From IMG/VR virus record IMGVR_UViG_3300014208_001045, positions 1-52,085 of that record: 52,085 bases of DNA. One strand, written 5' to 3'. The notes below the pieces were generated by a model. It did no database searches. It saw only the letters and a program-made list of their open reading frames with translations, and was not told where the DNA came from. The number at the start of each line of letters is the position of its first letter. Position 1 is the first letter of the stretch. The stretch comes from a virus (taxonomy: Duplodnaviria > Caudoviricetes). A program made the position numbers and the translations under genes. Below, one piece after another: positions 8,536-19,600 of this stretch.

Positions 8536-8901
8536 ATGAAATTTTTGTTAACCGGGACTTCTGTTTATGGGCCGTTATCTGCAGATAGCGATATTGATAT
8601 TGTTTTGATGCAGGAGGATGGTTTAAAACTGGAAAAGTATTTTATCAAAACAGGGACAGAGCTTTCGCCTTGTGGATTGAGACAGGATTACCAGGGGTTT
8701 AACGTCCATATTCCTGGCATGCCGAAGATCAACATTATTTTTTGCGAGAACGCTATGCATTTTGAATGTTGGAGATATGCAACGGAGCAAATGAAACAGA
8801 GTGCTGTGATACCGGATAAACAAGATAGGATTCGCTTATTTATAACCTTTTGGGATGAAAGAATGAAAAGACTGAAGGAGGCGTCAGGAACTGGGAACTA
8901 A
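8536..8901 (+). CDS. Minimal nucleotidyltransferase (Pol-beta superfamily)-like protein
   Basis: LTGTS..G....SDIDIV motif near the N-terminus; AAGGAG RBS. Confidence 0.6.
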   Translation: MKFLLTGTSVYGPLSADSDIDIVLMQEDGLKLEKYFIKTGTELSPCGLRQDYQGFNVHIPGMPKINIIFCENAMHFECWRYATEQMKQSAVIPDKQDRIRLFITFWDERMKRLKEASGTGN

Positions 8902-8920
8902 TACAAAAAAACTTTCTGCA

Positions 8921-9298
8921 ATGGGCTATCAGAAACTTGTTGGCGGGGCTGTAAAAGGTAAAGGATTAAGGCGGAGAAGAGTTCTTGATACGGGAGGTGC
9001 ACAGATTACTTTGGAGCTGGACTTTCCCAAACTCCTTGAACTATATCATGCACAGAAGGGAGAGTGCTTTTATTGCGGGGCAAGGATGACTCTCCAGAAT
9101 GGGGTTACAAGGGATCATTTTTTTGCTAAGTCTATCTCCTGGAGAAACAGAAGTCTTTTGGGCAATGCTGTATTGGCCTGTCAAAGATGTAATAATGAAG
9201 AAAAAGGGAATCGCCTACCGTCTGATAGTGAGTTTGAAAGGTTTTTGTCTTTATATAATGCAGTAGTTGTGGCCGGATCTTATAAGGAGTCAAAATGA
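8921..9298 (+). CDS. HNH endonuclease
   Basis: CFYCG, TRDHFF, N.VLACQRCN..KG zinc-finger HNH signature. Confidence 0.85.
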   Translation: MGYQKLVGGAVKGKGLRRRRVLDTGGAQITLELDFPKLLELYHAQKGECFYCGARMTLQNGVTRDHFFAKSISWRNRSLLGNAVLACQRCNNEEKGNRLPSDSEFERFLSLYNAVVVAGSYKESK

Positions 9299-9492
9299 CG
9301 CACACACAAGCAACGATAACGGTTTATGTGACAAAAGCAGAGAAGAACGACATAAAAAACTCAGCAATTATTAAGAAAAAATCAATGTCAAAATATCTTC
9401 TTGATTTACATCTGAGCCAAAAACAGACATATAGTTACCCACCTGGCCCACCAGATCCGCCGAGACCGAAAGGGCATAATCCTTGCGGGTGA
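9295..9492 (+). CDS. Small protein, possible ribbon-helix-helix DNA binder with Pro-rich tail
   Basis: ITVYVTKAEKNDIK..A...KSMSKYLL pattern; AAGGAG RBS. Confidence 0.5.
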   Translation: MTHTQATITVYVTKAEKNDIKNSAIIKKKSMSKYLLDLHLSQKQTYSYPPGPPDPPRPKGHNPCG

Positions 9493-9503
9493 AAGGAGTC
9501 AAA

Positions 9504-9686
9504 ATGAAAACGACGGTGATCGGTCTTGAACTCATAAAACAATTATCTACAGCTTATGATCACAATCCTTCTATTTTTCCGCTGGAGAGCAAGATAAACG
9601 AGATAATAAGAAAGGTGAATCTTCTAATTGAATTAGAAGAGGAGAGACTTAATAATACTTTTACGGTTTTAAAGGAGACGAAATGA
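9504..9686 (+). CDS. Hypothetical protein
   Basis: AAGGAG RBS before ATG 9504; ATGA overlap with the next gene. Confidence 0.6.
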   Translation: MKTTVIGLELIKQLSTAYDHNPSIFPLESKINEIIRKVNLLIELEEERLNNTFTVLKETK

Positions 9687-10600
9687 ATGTTTTAATTACC
9701 GGGGGCAGAGGCTTTGTCGGCAGATATCTGGTCAGACTTTTAAAAGAGACTGGGCATCAACCAATCGTTTTGAATCCAAACTTTGATATTACCGGCATCA
9801 ATAATGCGGCCTTTAAAGCTTTAAAAGGGGTTGAGATTGATGCCGTAGTTCATCTGGCCGCATTGTTGATGATAGACGGACATCAAGCTACGGAGTATTT
9901 TAGAGTTAATAGTCTCGGGACTTTAAATGTTTTGGAATTTTGTCGCTATCATGGAGTGAAAAAATTTATCTATACCATGACGCATTCAGATCTAAACGGG
10001 ACGGATGGAGTAATCAGCTCAAATGATCCTGTGAATTTTAAGACGGGGAGCTGGGAACACAATTCGATCCCTTTTATCACTTCCAAGATTGCCGGGCAAT
10101 TAATGCTTGAGGCTTATTATCGGGCCGGGGCTTTTCTCCAGGCATATACCTTACGCCTGTCAAACATAAGAGGTTACGGGAGTAAAGATGCGAAGTATAA
10201 TTGTGTCTTCCATCAATTTATTCAGAAGGCGATAAAAGGAGAGGACATTGAAATATGGGGCAATCCGCCAAAGACAAGAAGAGACATTATTTATGTCAAG
10301 GATGTCTGCTACGCCATTATAGATGCAATAAATACCAGAACAAAGGAATATAAGTTGCTTAATATCGGTTCTGGTATAGGATACACAATCGAAGAAGAAG
10401 CAAAGGAGATTATTGAAGTGTTTTCTCCCGCAGATAATAAGTCCAGATTGATCTACAGACCTGATATAGAGGAGGTGAGAAAGAAGGGGCAGATCTTTGA
10501 CCGGGTTGATGCTTGGGCGGCATTAAACTGGAAGCCGAAATATTCGTACCGGGAGGCATTGCAAGATTATAAATATGAAATGGAGAAAAATCTAAAATGA
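9683..10600 (+). CDS. Atypical NAD-dependent NDP-sugar epimerase/dehydratase (FxxxK in place of YxxxK)
   Basis: GGRGFVG, VVHLAA, NSLGTLNVLE, RLSNIRGYG, RDIIYVKDV; the catalytic motif reads FITSK. Confidence 0.88.
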   Translation: MNVLITGGRGFVGRYLVRLLKETGHQPIVLNPNFDITGINNAAFKALKGVEIDAVVHLAALLMIDGHQATEYFRVNSLGTLNVLEFCRYHGVKKFIYTMTHSDLNGTDGVISSNDPVNFKTGSWEHNSIPFITSKIAGQLMLEAYYRAGAFLQAYTLRLSNIRGYGSKDAKYNCVFHQFIQKAIKGEDIEIWGNPPKTRRDIIYVKDVCYAIIDAINTRTKEYKLLNIGSGIGYTIEEEAKEIIEVFSPADNKSRLIYRPDIEEVRKKGQIFDRVDAWAALNWKPKYSYREALQDYKYEMEKNLK

Positions 10601-11307
10601 ATGAAGTTGCGATTACTTTTGATGTCGACTGGGCAGAGAGCGGGATTATCAGTGAAACTTTAGAGATTGTAAAAGAGGCAAAAATCAAGAGTACTTGGTT
10701 TATCACTCACTATAGTCCCGCTGTTGTTGAATTGATGGATAATAAACTAATTGAGGTAGGATTACACCCGAATTTTTTACAGGGATCGACTCAAGGACAA
10801 ACCCCTGTGGGCGTGATGAATTATTTGACAAAGATTTGTCCGAAAGCAAGATCGGTCAGGACTCACGCAATGGTATATTCCTCTTCAATTGCAAGGATGT
10901 TTCCTCTATATAATCTGACAATTGATAGTTCCATATGTCTTTTCGGGGCAAAGCAGGTTGAACCGTTTGTGATAAGGTTCCCGGAGGGTAAAAAGCTGAT
11001 AAAGATGCCTTATGTTTGGTCAGACGACGGAGAGATGATAAATTCTCCCGAATGGAAGCTTCCGAGTTTGGATGAGGAAGGATTAAAGATTCTTTGTTTT
11101 CACCCGATACACATTGCTCTTAATACATGTTCGTGGGAGCAATATCTTGCTTTTAAGGCCGAATATAAACAGACAAGAGATCTTTCAACAGTTCGCAAAT
11201 TTTATCAGGTCTCCAAATATGGAGCGAGAAACTATCTGCTTGATGTAATGTCTCTAAACTTTCCGTTTAAAAAACTGAGCAGGATAGCGGGTGTTTATGG
11301 ATTATAA
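10597..11307 (+). CDS. Polysaccharide deacetylase, WbmS-like (NodB fold)
   Basis: ITFDVDWA, TWFITH, EVGLHPNF, SVRTH and FHPIHIALN metal-binding motifs. Confidence 0.82.
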   Translation: MNEVAITFDVDWAESGIISETLEIVKEAKIKSTWFITHYSPAVVELMDNKLIEVGLHPNFLQGSTQGQTPVGVMNYLTKICPKARSVRTHAMVYSSSIARMFPLYNLTIDSSICLFGAKQVEPFVIRFPEGKKLIKMPYVWSDDGEMINSPEWKLPSLDEEGLKILCFHPIHIALNTCSWEQYLAFKAEYKQTRDLSTVRKFYQVSKYGARNYLLDVMSLNFPFKKLSRIAGVYGL

Positions 11308-12241
11308 AATACTCCCTTGTGGTCTATCAAGCAGAAAGGACAGCCGGATTCGGCAATATATTTCCTGCTTGATAGACAAGTATTCTTTGAATTTGAGAGA
11401 CAGGATCATCTTTACTGAATACGCAACAGGCAATTATTACTATACGGCAGTCATGGCCAAGATGGCAGGAGCTGAAGAAGTTTATGCTTATAGTCCTTTG
11501 TCTTTTAGTCAGCCCTGTTTGAGTCAGGATGGAATAATACAAACCTCTATCAGAGACTTTATACGGGCGGCAGACATAATAACGAACTCAGGTAATGTGA
11601 GACCCATTACCCGTCTTGATATTGATATAATGAAACCTTCGGCGGTGATTGCTTTAATGATGATGAAGAGTCAGGTCAGGGACGGAGATGTTGACCTGCT
11701 TTATTGTGACAAGCGGCAAATTAGATTTGTCGAAACTGATGAGGCAGGTATTGGTATTTTGGATTCAATTGGTTTTAAGATAATGAAAGTTTGCTTTGAA
11801 GCGGGTCTTTCTGTTTGGAGAGATCGCTTTTTTCTTCTTTCCTCCCGCCTTATTGGTTTTAAGACGAGAAAGTTCTTTGAAAAAATGGGAGTTCATATTA
11901 GTATATCCTTGGTTGATGATTTTTACGACGCCATAATACTCTCCGATTATAGTAACGATATTGATGCGAGCTTGTTGAAGGAATGGATACAAAGGCTTGC
12001 GAAGATTAATCCATTGATTCGTGTTATATGGATATCAGGAGAGCTTGATGAGTCTTGGTGTTTACAAAAGGGAATAGATATCTATCCGCTGATGAGTAAA
12101 TTGGTTGGAGGGTTAAGAAAAACAAATGTTTCCGGAGATTATTTATCATATAAAGTGACGCTGGAGTTAAATGTGGCTTCTTTAAAAGCCGCTGAAATTG
12201 CTTTGGATAACCGGGGAGAGATAAGCAATAAAAACAAATAA
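11291..12241 (+). CDS. Hypothetical protein of sugar-modification loci (possibly Rossmann-like)
   Basis: TEYATGNY..TAVMAKMAGA and ADIITNSGNVRPI..MKPSAVIALM motifs resemble proteins recalled near WbmS-like genes; overlaps the deacetylase stop. Confidence 0.55.
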   Translation: MFMDYKILPCGLSSRKDSRIRQYISCLIDKYSLNLRDRIIFTEYATGNYYYTAVMAKMAGAEEVYAYSPLSFSQPCLSQDGIIQTSIRDFIRAADIITNSGNVRPITRLDIDIMKPSAVIALMMMKSQVRDGDVDLLYCDKRQIRFVETDEAGIGILDSIGFKIMKVCFEAGLSVWRDRFFLLSSRLIGFKTRKFFEKMGVHISISLVDDFYDAIILSDYSNDIDASLLKEWIQRLAKINPLIRVIWISGELDESWCLQKGIDIYPLMSKLVGGLRKTNVSGDYLSYKVTLELNVASLKAAEIALDNRGEISNKNK

Positions 12242-12265
12242 GAATAAACAGAAAGGAGAAGTCAC

Positions 12266-13666
12266 ATGGCTGTTATACAACCAGATACTAAAGGGCGGTG
12301 GTATCAACATTATCTCTCTGAATGGTTAAGGATCGACACTCTTAAAAAGGGGGAGTCTGCAATTAAGGCGGCAGGAGAGTTGTATTTACCGAAACTCTCC
12401 GGACAGACTCCTAATGAATATAAAGCTTATTTGGCAAGGGGCTCTTTTTTTAATGCATTCTCCCGTACTGTTGGGGGCTTGACCGGAGCGGTAATGCAAA
12501 AGAGTCCGAAAATAGACTGCTCCACCGAGACGTTGGAATTCCTGAAAGACATTACTTTGTCTGGAGAATCAGTAATGGAGGTTTGTCGGCAAGCAGTTCA
12601 AAATGTTCTTGAGTTTGGTTATTTTGGTATTTTGATTGATTGCCCTCCTGAGATAATAGGATCTCCTGCGACTCCTTATTTTGCCATGTATGAAGCGGCG
12701 ACAATATTGAATTTTAAAACTCTCCGCATTGGAGCAGAAGATAAATTAATGATGCTTTCTTTGGCGGAAGAAATTGCGGAAGATGCTGTTGATAATCAAT
12801 TTGCTACTGTTTCAAAGGTGAGAGTTCGCGTTTTATCTATTGAACAAGACGGGTTTCTGGTTGTCCGATTATATGAAGAGCGTGGAGAAAAAAAAGATAA
12901 AGCATGGGTTCAGGTGGGAGATGATATTAAGCCGCAGATCAGAGGCAAGCGATTGACTGATATTCCTTTTGTTTTCTTTGGGGCGATCAGCAATTCTCCG
13001 ATACCGGATCAACCGCCTTTGATTGACCTGGTAAATATTAACATCAAACATTGGCAGGTCAACGTCGATTATTTTCATGGTCTCCATTATTGCGCCATAC
13101 CAACACCTTGGGCGGCTGGATTCCCGACAACAACCGAGTTATATCTCGGAGCTATGAAGGCTTGGGTCTCTGAAAATCCTCAAGCTACGGCTGGTTTTTT
13201 GGAGTTTACAGGACAGGGACTTCAGGCCGTTGAAAAGGCTCTTGACAAACTTGAGAGACAAATGTCCATCCTTGGCGCCAGAATGTTGGAAGAGCAAAAG
13301 AAAGCATCAGAGGCGGCAGAGACAGTAGTGATGAGATATTCCGGAGATACTGCAACCCTTTCAAATATTGTTAACTCAGTTGAGCTTGGAATTACAAAAG
13401 CTATCCGATATGTTAATTTGTGGAGATCCAAAGAAGAAAACGTTACTGTCAGATTGAACAATGAGTTTGTCTCTTCAAAACTATCCGCTCAAGAGATTGC
13501 CGCTCTTTTACAGGCGTATCAAGCAAATACGATCTCTTTGGACACCTTTCTTTTAAACCTGCAGTCAGGGGGCAGATCATTAGCCGGTGGTTCAATTGAA
13601 GCGGAGAAGATAAAGATTCAGGAGAATCCACCAGCCTTCCAGAACACCATGTTTGATAATCAATAA
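12266..13666 (+). CDS. Portal protein (DUF4055-like)
   Basis: 466 aa; YLPKLSGQ..EYKAYLARG.FFN, IPFVFFG..N...D.PPL.DL..N.KHW, LEFTGQGL motifs; first gene of the head module. Confidence 0.9.
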   Translation: MAVIQPDTKGRWYQHYLSEWLRIDTLKKGESAIKAAGELYLPKLSGQTPNEYKAYLARGSFFNAFSRTVGGLTGAVMQKSPKIDCSTETLEFLKDITLSGESVMEVCRQAVQNVLEFGYFGILIDCPPEIIGSPATPYFAMYEAATILNFKTLRIGAEDKLMMLSLAEEIAEDAVDNQFATVSKVRVRVLSIEQDGFLVVRLYEERGEKKDKAWVQVGDDIKPQIRGKRLTDIPFVFFGAISNSPIPDQPPLIDLVNINIKHWQVNVDYFHGLHYCAIPTPWAAGFPTTTELYLGAMKAWVSENPQATAGFLEFTGQGLQAVEKALDKLERQMSILGARMLEEQKKASEAAETVVMRYSGDTATLSNIVNSVELGITKAIRYVNLWRSKEENVTVRLNNEFVSSKLSAQEIAALLQAYQANTISLDTFLLNLQSGGRSLAGGSIEAEKIKIQENPPAFQNTMFDNQ

Positions 13667-13688
13667 AAAAGAATAAGGGAATCAACTA

Positions 13689-16600
13689 ATGCCTGATAAA
13701 ATTCCTGAAAAGCTTTTTAACTCAGTAGTCAAAGACCAGGTTCAGCTTGATAAATATTCTATTGGTTTGGCAAACAGGGTTGAATCGCTTTTAAAAAAGA
13801 CGCAAGCGGATGTTGTAGGGGCAATTGCCAAGAATGATCCGACTGGCCCCGTAATGACAAAGTGGAGAGCTGATCGCCTTGAAAAACTGAATGCCGATAT
13901 CTCCTCTATTGTCGATTCCCGTTTTTCCGAAATAAAAGATTCCGTTAAACAAGATCTCTCCGCAGTAGCCAAAGCCCAAGCTTCCAATGTTGTTCAAAAA
14001 ACCAATGCCGCCATTGGAGCGAATCTGTTTGAGGTTACTCTTGATCCTAAAAACGTAAAGAGCATCCTTGAAAATACTCTTATTGATGGCAAATTGATTG
14101 GAGACTGGTGGGATAAGCAAAGCGCCGATACTAAAAGTCTTCTTCAGGGACAGATGATTGCCGGGACACAGGCTCTTCAGATTGGTATGGTTCAGGGAGA
14201 GTCTGTGGGAGAGTTGATTAATCGGATAAAAGGGACGGCGACAAAACCTGGAATTATGAATATCACAAGACGAGCCGCCGCCAGTTTGGTAAGGACTTCG
14301 GTAATGCAGGTTGCCAATAATGTAAGGATGGAGACCTATAAAGCAAATGCTGATGTCTTGGCAGGGGTTCAGGTCATAGCGACATTAGATGGCAAGACCA
14401 CTCCTACATGTAGAGCTTTGGACGGCAAGGCTTATGATATGGAAGGCAGGCCAATAGGACATGAAATGCTTTTGCCTCCCGGCCCTCCTTTCCATTTTAA
14501 TTGCAGATCAAGCATGATGCCTTTGCTAAAGTCTTTTGAAGAGCTTGTTGGAATTAAGTCTCCCCTAAGTAAACAGGCGATAGCCGAAGTCAATGATCTG
14601 CCGGGCGAGCAGAGAGCATCAATGAATGGTCAGGTAGCGGGAGATCTTGATTATAACGGATGGTTAAAAATCCTACCCATTAAAGAACAACAGGCAATTC
14701 TTGGCCCGGGCAAGTGGAAGCTTTGGTTTGAAAATAATCTGGACATGACTGATCTGGTAGACAATCGCGCAAACCCTCTTACTCTTAAAGAACTTCAGGC
14801 GGCTTTCGGAGATCTTGTGGCAAAAAAGGAACTTGTCCTTGAAGATCAATTAAAGAATCTTGCTTCTCAGGCTGAGGGGGTGGCAGATTTTAATAAAAAG
14901 GTTGGCGAACTTAGTCAGCAGGGAGATTCAGTCTACGGCTCCTGGTCTTTGGCCAAACAATCTTCGGAACAGGTGATAAAGCTGATACAAGAAGCGGAGG
15001 CGATGACTTATGAACAATTAAAACTCGCCTTTGAAAAACTTAAAATTAAAAATAATTTTTTTGATCCACAAATTGCGGCGAAATTACCGAGACCTCATCT
15101 GAATCAATTATATGCCTCCCTTAAACAACATGTCGGGATGTTTAGTAAAGGCAAGCAGTGGCCGGAGATCATTATAAAAGAGTTGTCTCAATCTCAAGCA
15201 AATTGGATTGGCTCGTTTACTCCGGCTAACAATAAAATTGCAATCAATTCAAAATATGCATTTAATGTTCAAAAAATGGCGACTGCCGGCAAGAATTGTA
15301 TGAGTAGCAAGTTTCATTGTCCGTCTTTTGCCAACTACTCTTTAAAGTCAACGCTGGATCACGAGCTGGGTCATTCCTTGACAACGAAAGAACCAAAAGC
15401 TCTCCGTAAACTTAAGCTGAGTCTTAAAAAGATTGATATCCAGACAGGAGTGTCAAAATATGCCACCAAAAGCAGAAAGGAGTTCTTTGCAGAAGCGTGG
15501 GAGGAATATCTAAACGCTGAACACCCGCGTTTGCTCGCAAGGACAGTTGGAGATATAGTTACGAAAAAAGATCCGGCCTTAGTGGAGAAGATTCTAAAAT
15601 GGGCGTCCACGGGAGAAAATGTATTTAAGAACCTTGTTTTTCTTAATAAAGAGACAACAGCGGCCGAGATTATCAAGGCTAAGGGAGGGGCGAGTCAGTT
15701 TGTCGCCAAGGTAGTGCAAACAACGGAGGCCGAGATAATCGCCAAGCAAGAGAAAGTCTTGTTGACCGATCTTAAGGACGCTAACAAGGTCGTGACATTT
15801 ACCCCTAAGCAGAAACTACCAGAAGGGATATTTACTCCGGTTGAGGGAGGTTTCCCGGCGCTTGCAGAAGGCAAGAAAACCATGTATGGTAAGCTAAATA
15901 TTTATCCTGATACAGGAATAATACACGAGCCCATTATGGCTTCTGGTAAACAATCTGCTGGCATGATTCTTATTGATGCGGAGACTGAAAAAGTTTGGCT
16001 TTGTTCTCCGAAGGGTCAATTTGGCGGTTATCAAAATACTTTCCCGAAAGGAACGATTGAGCAAGGAGTGTCACGCCAGGTAACCGCCATTAAAGAAGTT
16101 TTCGAAGAGACCGGCCTTGAGGGCAAACCTTTGTTTCACTTGGGAGATTATAAAAAGACAACCGGGACGACCAGATATTATGTCGGGGTAAAGACGGGGG
16201 GTAGTCCGGCCATGATGGGTTGGGAATCGGAAGCTGTCCATTTATGCCCGCTCAACAAACTCTCTACTCTTCTGAATTCGGAAATAGACAAGGATATCGC
16301 GAAAGATTTTATCTCTAATTATAAGGAGGCTTTGAAACTCGGAGAAGGCAAACCCATTAAAGGCTTTGAAATTCTCAACAAGGAAAAAATTGCCAAAGAT
16401 AAAGTTGAGAATTTAATTGAGGAGTATAGTGGCTTATTGGGAGAAAAGAAAATTGGAGCCCTTAATAAAGCGGAAATTAAGTGGGAGCAGAAAAAGGGCA
16501 TTATTAAAACAGACATTTATGAAACGGCGCAGGAAAAAATTGGAATATGGGCACAGAATCCAAACACAACTGGAGGCATGGCGCTTGAAAAATACAAAGG

Positions 16601-19600
16601 CAATTTCCCCAAGTTTCTTGATACTGATAATGTAGAGAAAGTGGATTATCCTTCTTTGTGGAAGAAAGTTCATACAGATCTCCTTAAAATAAAAAGTAGT
16701 AAAGACCAGGAACTGTTGAATTTGATTAATACCGATAAAGGGGCTATCGCTTATGACAAAGCTCTTAAGGCTGGCAAGATCTCGAAAGCCATAGAGTCAG
16801 ATCCGGTCGCAAAACTCAAGATCATTAATGATGAGCTTAAGACAATGGCGGAGATCGCAAAAGCGGTCTCCCCGGAATCCACAATCAAAACTCTTGGCGC
16901 AACAAACTATGACATATCTGACCCGACTCAAGCCAAGAAGTTTAAGAAGATGGTCAATTTTCATACATACAAATTCATTAAGACGGTTCAGACTGGAGGA
17001 GCGATCCCGAATGCTCAGCAACAGGCTTATAATTTTTTAAGTGATGCGGAGAAGAGAAAAGTACAGAAGAAGCTGGCAAAATTTGGCAAGACTGTTCCTG
17101 CAGGTGTTGTGACCTCTCCTAAAGTCACTGTAAAGATTGCAGAGACTAAAGTTCCTGTACCGCCGGCAGAGACCGTCAAACCTCCCATAAAATCTAAAGT
17201 TTCTGTGGAGCCAGAACCTGCAGGATCTTCCATCAAAATTCTTGGTGCAACAAAATATGATCTGTCAAACGAAGAGGAGTATGCTAAGTTTAAGAAGATG
17301 GTTAGTTTCCATGCTTCCAAGTATGTTAAATGGGCGGCAGAAGGTAAAGCAATCCCGAATGCTCAGCAACAGGCTTATGATTTCTTAGACGAATTTCAAA
17401 AAGCTAAAGTTAACGAGAAGATTGGTCTCCTCAAAGCTAAGTTGGGACTTGGGGAGACGATGAAACCAGTCCCTTCTTCGGTAGCAAAGAAATTGGATTT
17501 TGATAATCTGGTTAAGTATGGCAGTGCGGAAGGGTCGAATGTCGGGGGTTATTATAACGACATAAACAATCCAGCAGAGAGATATTATATTAAATTTTCT
17601 TCGAATCCGGAGATTGCAAGAAACGAAGTTCTGACCAACAAGCTTTATCAGGCGGCAGGGGTTGATGTCCCTGATGTTCAGCTGATTGATGTCAATGGTA
17701 AGACTGGAGTGGCTTCTAAAATAGTTGACGGCTTATTAAAAGATGGAGGCAAAACCTTAAAACAGGGTGTAGTGACCGCAGGAGTAAATGATGGATTTGT
17801 TGTAGATGCTTGGCTTGCAAACTGGGATGTTGTTGGTCTTAATTATGACAATATGTTGATTAAGGACGGGGTAAAAGCAATAAGAATGGACAACGGAGGA
17901 GGATTAAGATTCAGGGCTCAAGGGACACCGAAAGGGACAGATTTTGGAAAAACCGTTTTTGAATTGGAGACTATGAGGGGAGTAAAAAATCCTCAAGCGG
18001 CAAAGATCTTTGGGAAGATAACAAAAGCGGATTTACAAGCCGGGGCAAGAAAAGTCATCTCCATTCCGGATTCTAAGATTGAAGAGCTGGTTCGTAAATT
18101 TGGCCCGGCAAGCGAAGTGGAGAAAACAAAACTTTTGGAAACTTTGATTGCCAGGAAAAAATACATAAAGGCGGAATTCCCGGAAATTAAAATGGAGGCT
18201 CCGGCCAAACTTCCCGCAGGGGCTACCGACAGAATAACTAAATTTGAGGCTAATGCGATAGAGAAATCAAGAATCAATGGTTATGCTGTCAAGACTGATA
18301 AAAAGATGGTTGAAGATCAACAGGTTTTATTCTGGACGGAGAAAAACGTTCAGGGTAAGCCGCTCGTCTGTGCTCAATTTAAACTAAGAGCAGAGGGAGC
18401 GGAGAAAATGAATTCTTATTTATCAGGAACCCAGCAGGGTGCTTATGATTCAACAAAGCTTTATGATTCTATAATGACTACCCTGAGAGGCATTGCTATG
18501 GTTTCCCGGGAGGGTAATGCTTTGAGGGGTAAAGATATTACCCGGGCAAAAGAGTCTCTTGCTTTATTTAAAAGTGAAATACAAAGTCTCAAGGCGTCAA
18601 ATAAATATCGTCTTTCTGATGTGCAAAATCTTGAGAACCATTTTAAGCCATGGCTGGACGTTTTGGAAACGACAATTTCCCGTGGAGAAGGGACGGTTTA
18701 CAAATGGGCAAAAGACAATAGTTTTAAAAACGCCTTTACTTCTCCAGACTCGATTGTAGAAAAAGCTCTTGACTCAGCAAAGTCTTCAGTCCAGTTTGTA
18801 AAAACCCCTAAGTCAAAGATTGTGGTTGCGAAAAATGTGGTCAAAGGTTATGCCCGCCAGACAGAAGAAGTTTTGGACATGGCGAGCCATTATAGCGGAC
18901 AGCCTTATGAAACCGTAATTGATGGAGTAAAGATCAAGTATTGGCCAGATAATAACGACACTCCTTTTTCTTTCCGTGGGTTGGTAAGGGCCGAAACGCA
19001 GGGACAGACGAAGGCTGAAATGGAAAAGATTTTATCTGTCTTAGAAGAAAAACTGTCTCTTGATATGGCACGGGCAAGTCAGGCAGATCAGGAGTTATTA
19101 TACCTTTCGCAGATAGCTTATAGCAGGAATAGTCCTGCTTGTAAAACTCTCTTGACTCAATTAGAGAAAGGGCCACGGGCTGGAGATATTGAAAAGCAGA
19201 TTGACTTTTTGAAAAAAGGTATTTCGTCTGATGCCGGTTTTGATATAACAAAAAGTTCGAATTATAATTATGAAGGATTTACGAAGACATATGGAACTGG
19301 CAAGCTTCATAATTATCGGCCGGACTATGTTGATTCGGAGTGGAAGGAGTTTGAAAACGGACACAAAATTGTCAAGGACGTAGGGGGAAGCGGAAGGGAA
19401 CTTCTTAGACAGCTTCTTGACAATGGAGGAGAGATGATTTCCAATGTTGAAAGAGGAAGAAAAGGCTTTGATTATGGAGGCATGTCTCCGGTAGCAGATA
19501 TAGATACTGGTGGAGCTAATTATTTTTTTACACGGATTAAAACAAATGATGAAGCTTTTAAATTTGACATTGTATGGAATGCAAGGGTTTTAAGAAGGGT

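Noticed and set aside
831-12241. Host LPS/O-antigen locus flanking a prophage
   Set aside because: The sugar genes are interleaved with typical phage genes (dNMP kinase, HNH, small hypotheticals), share the same RBS and codon style, lack wzx/wzy, and run directly into the portal.
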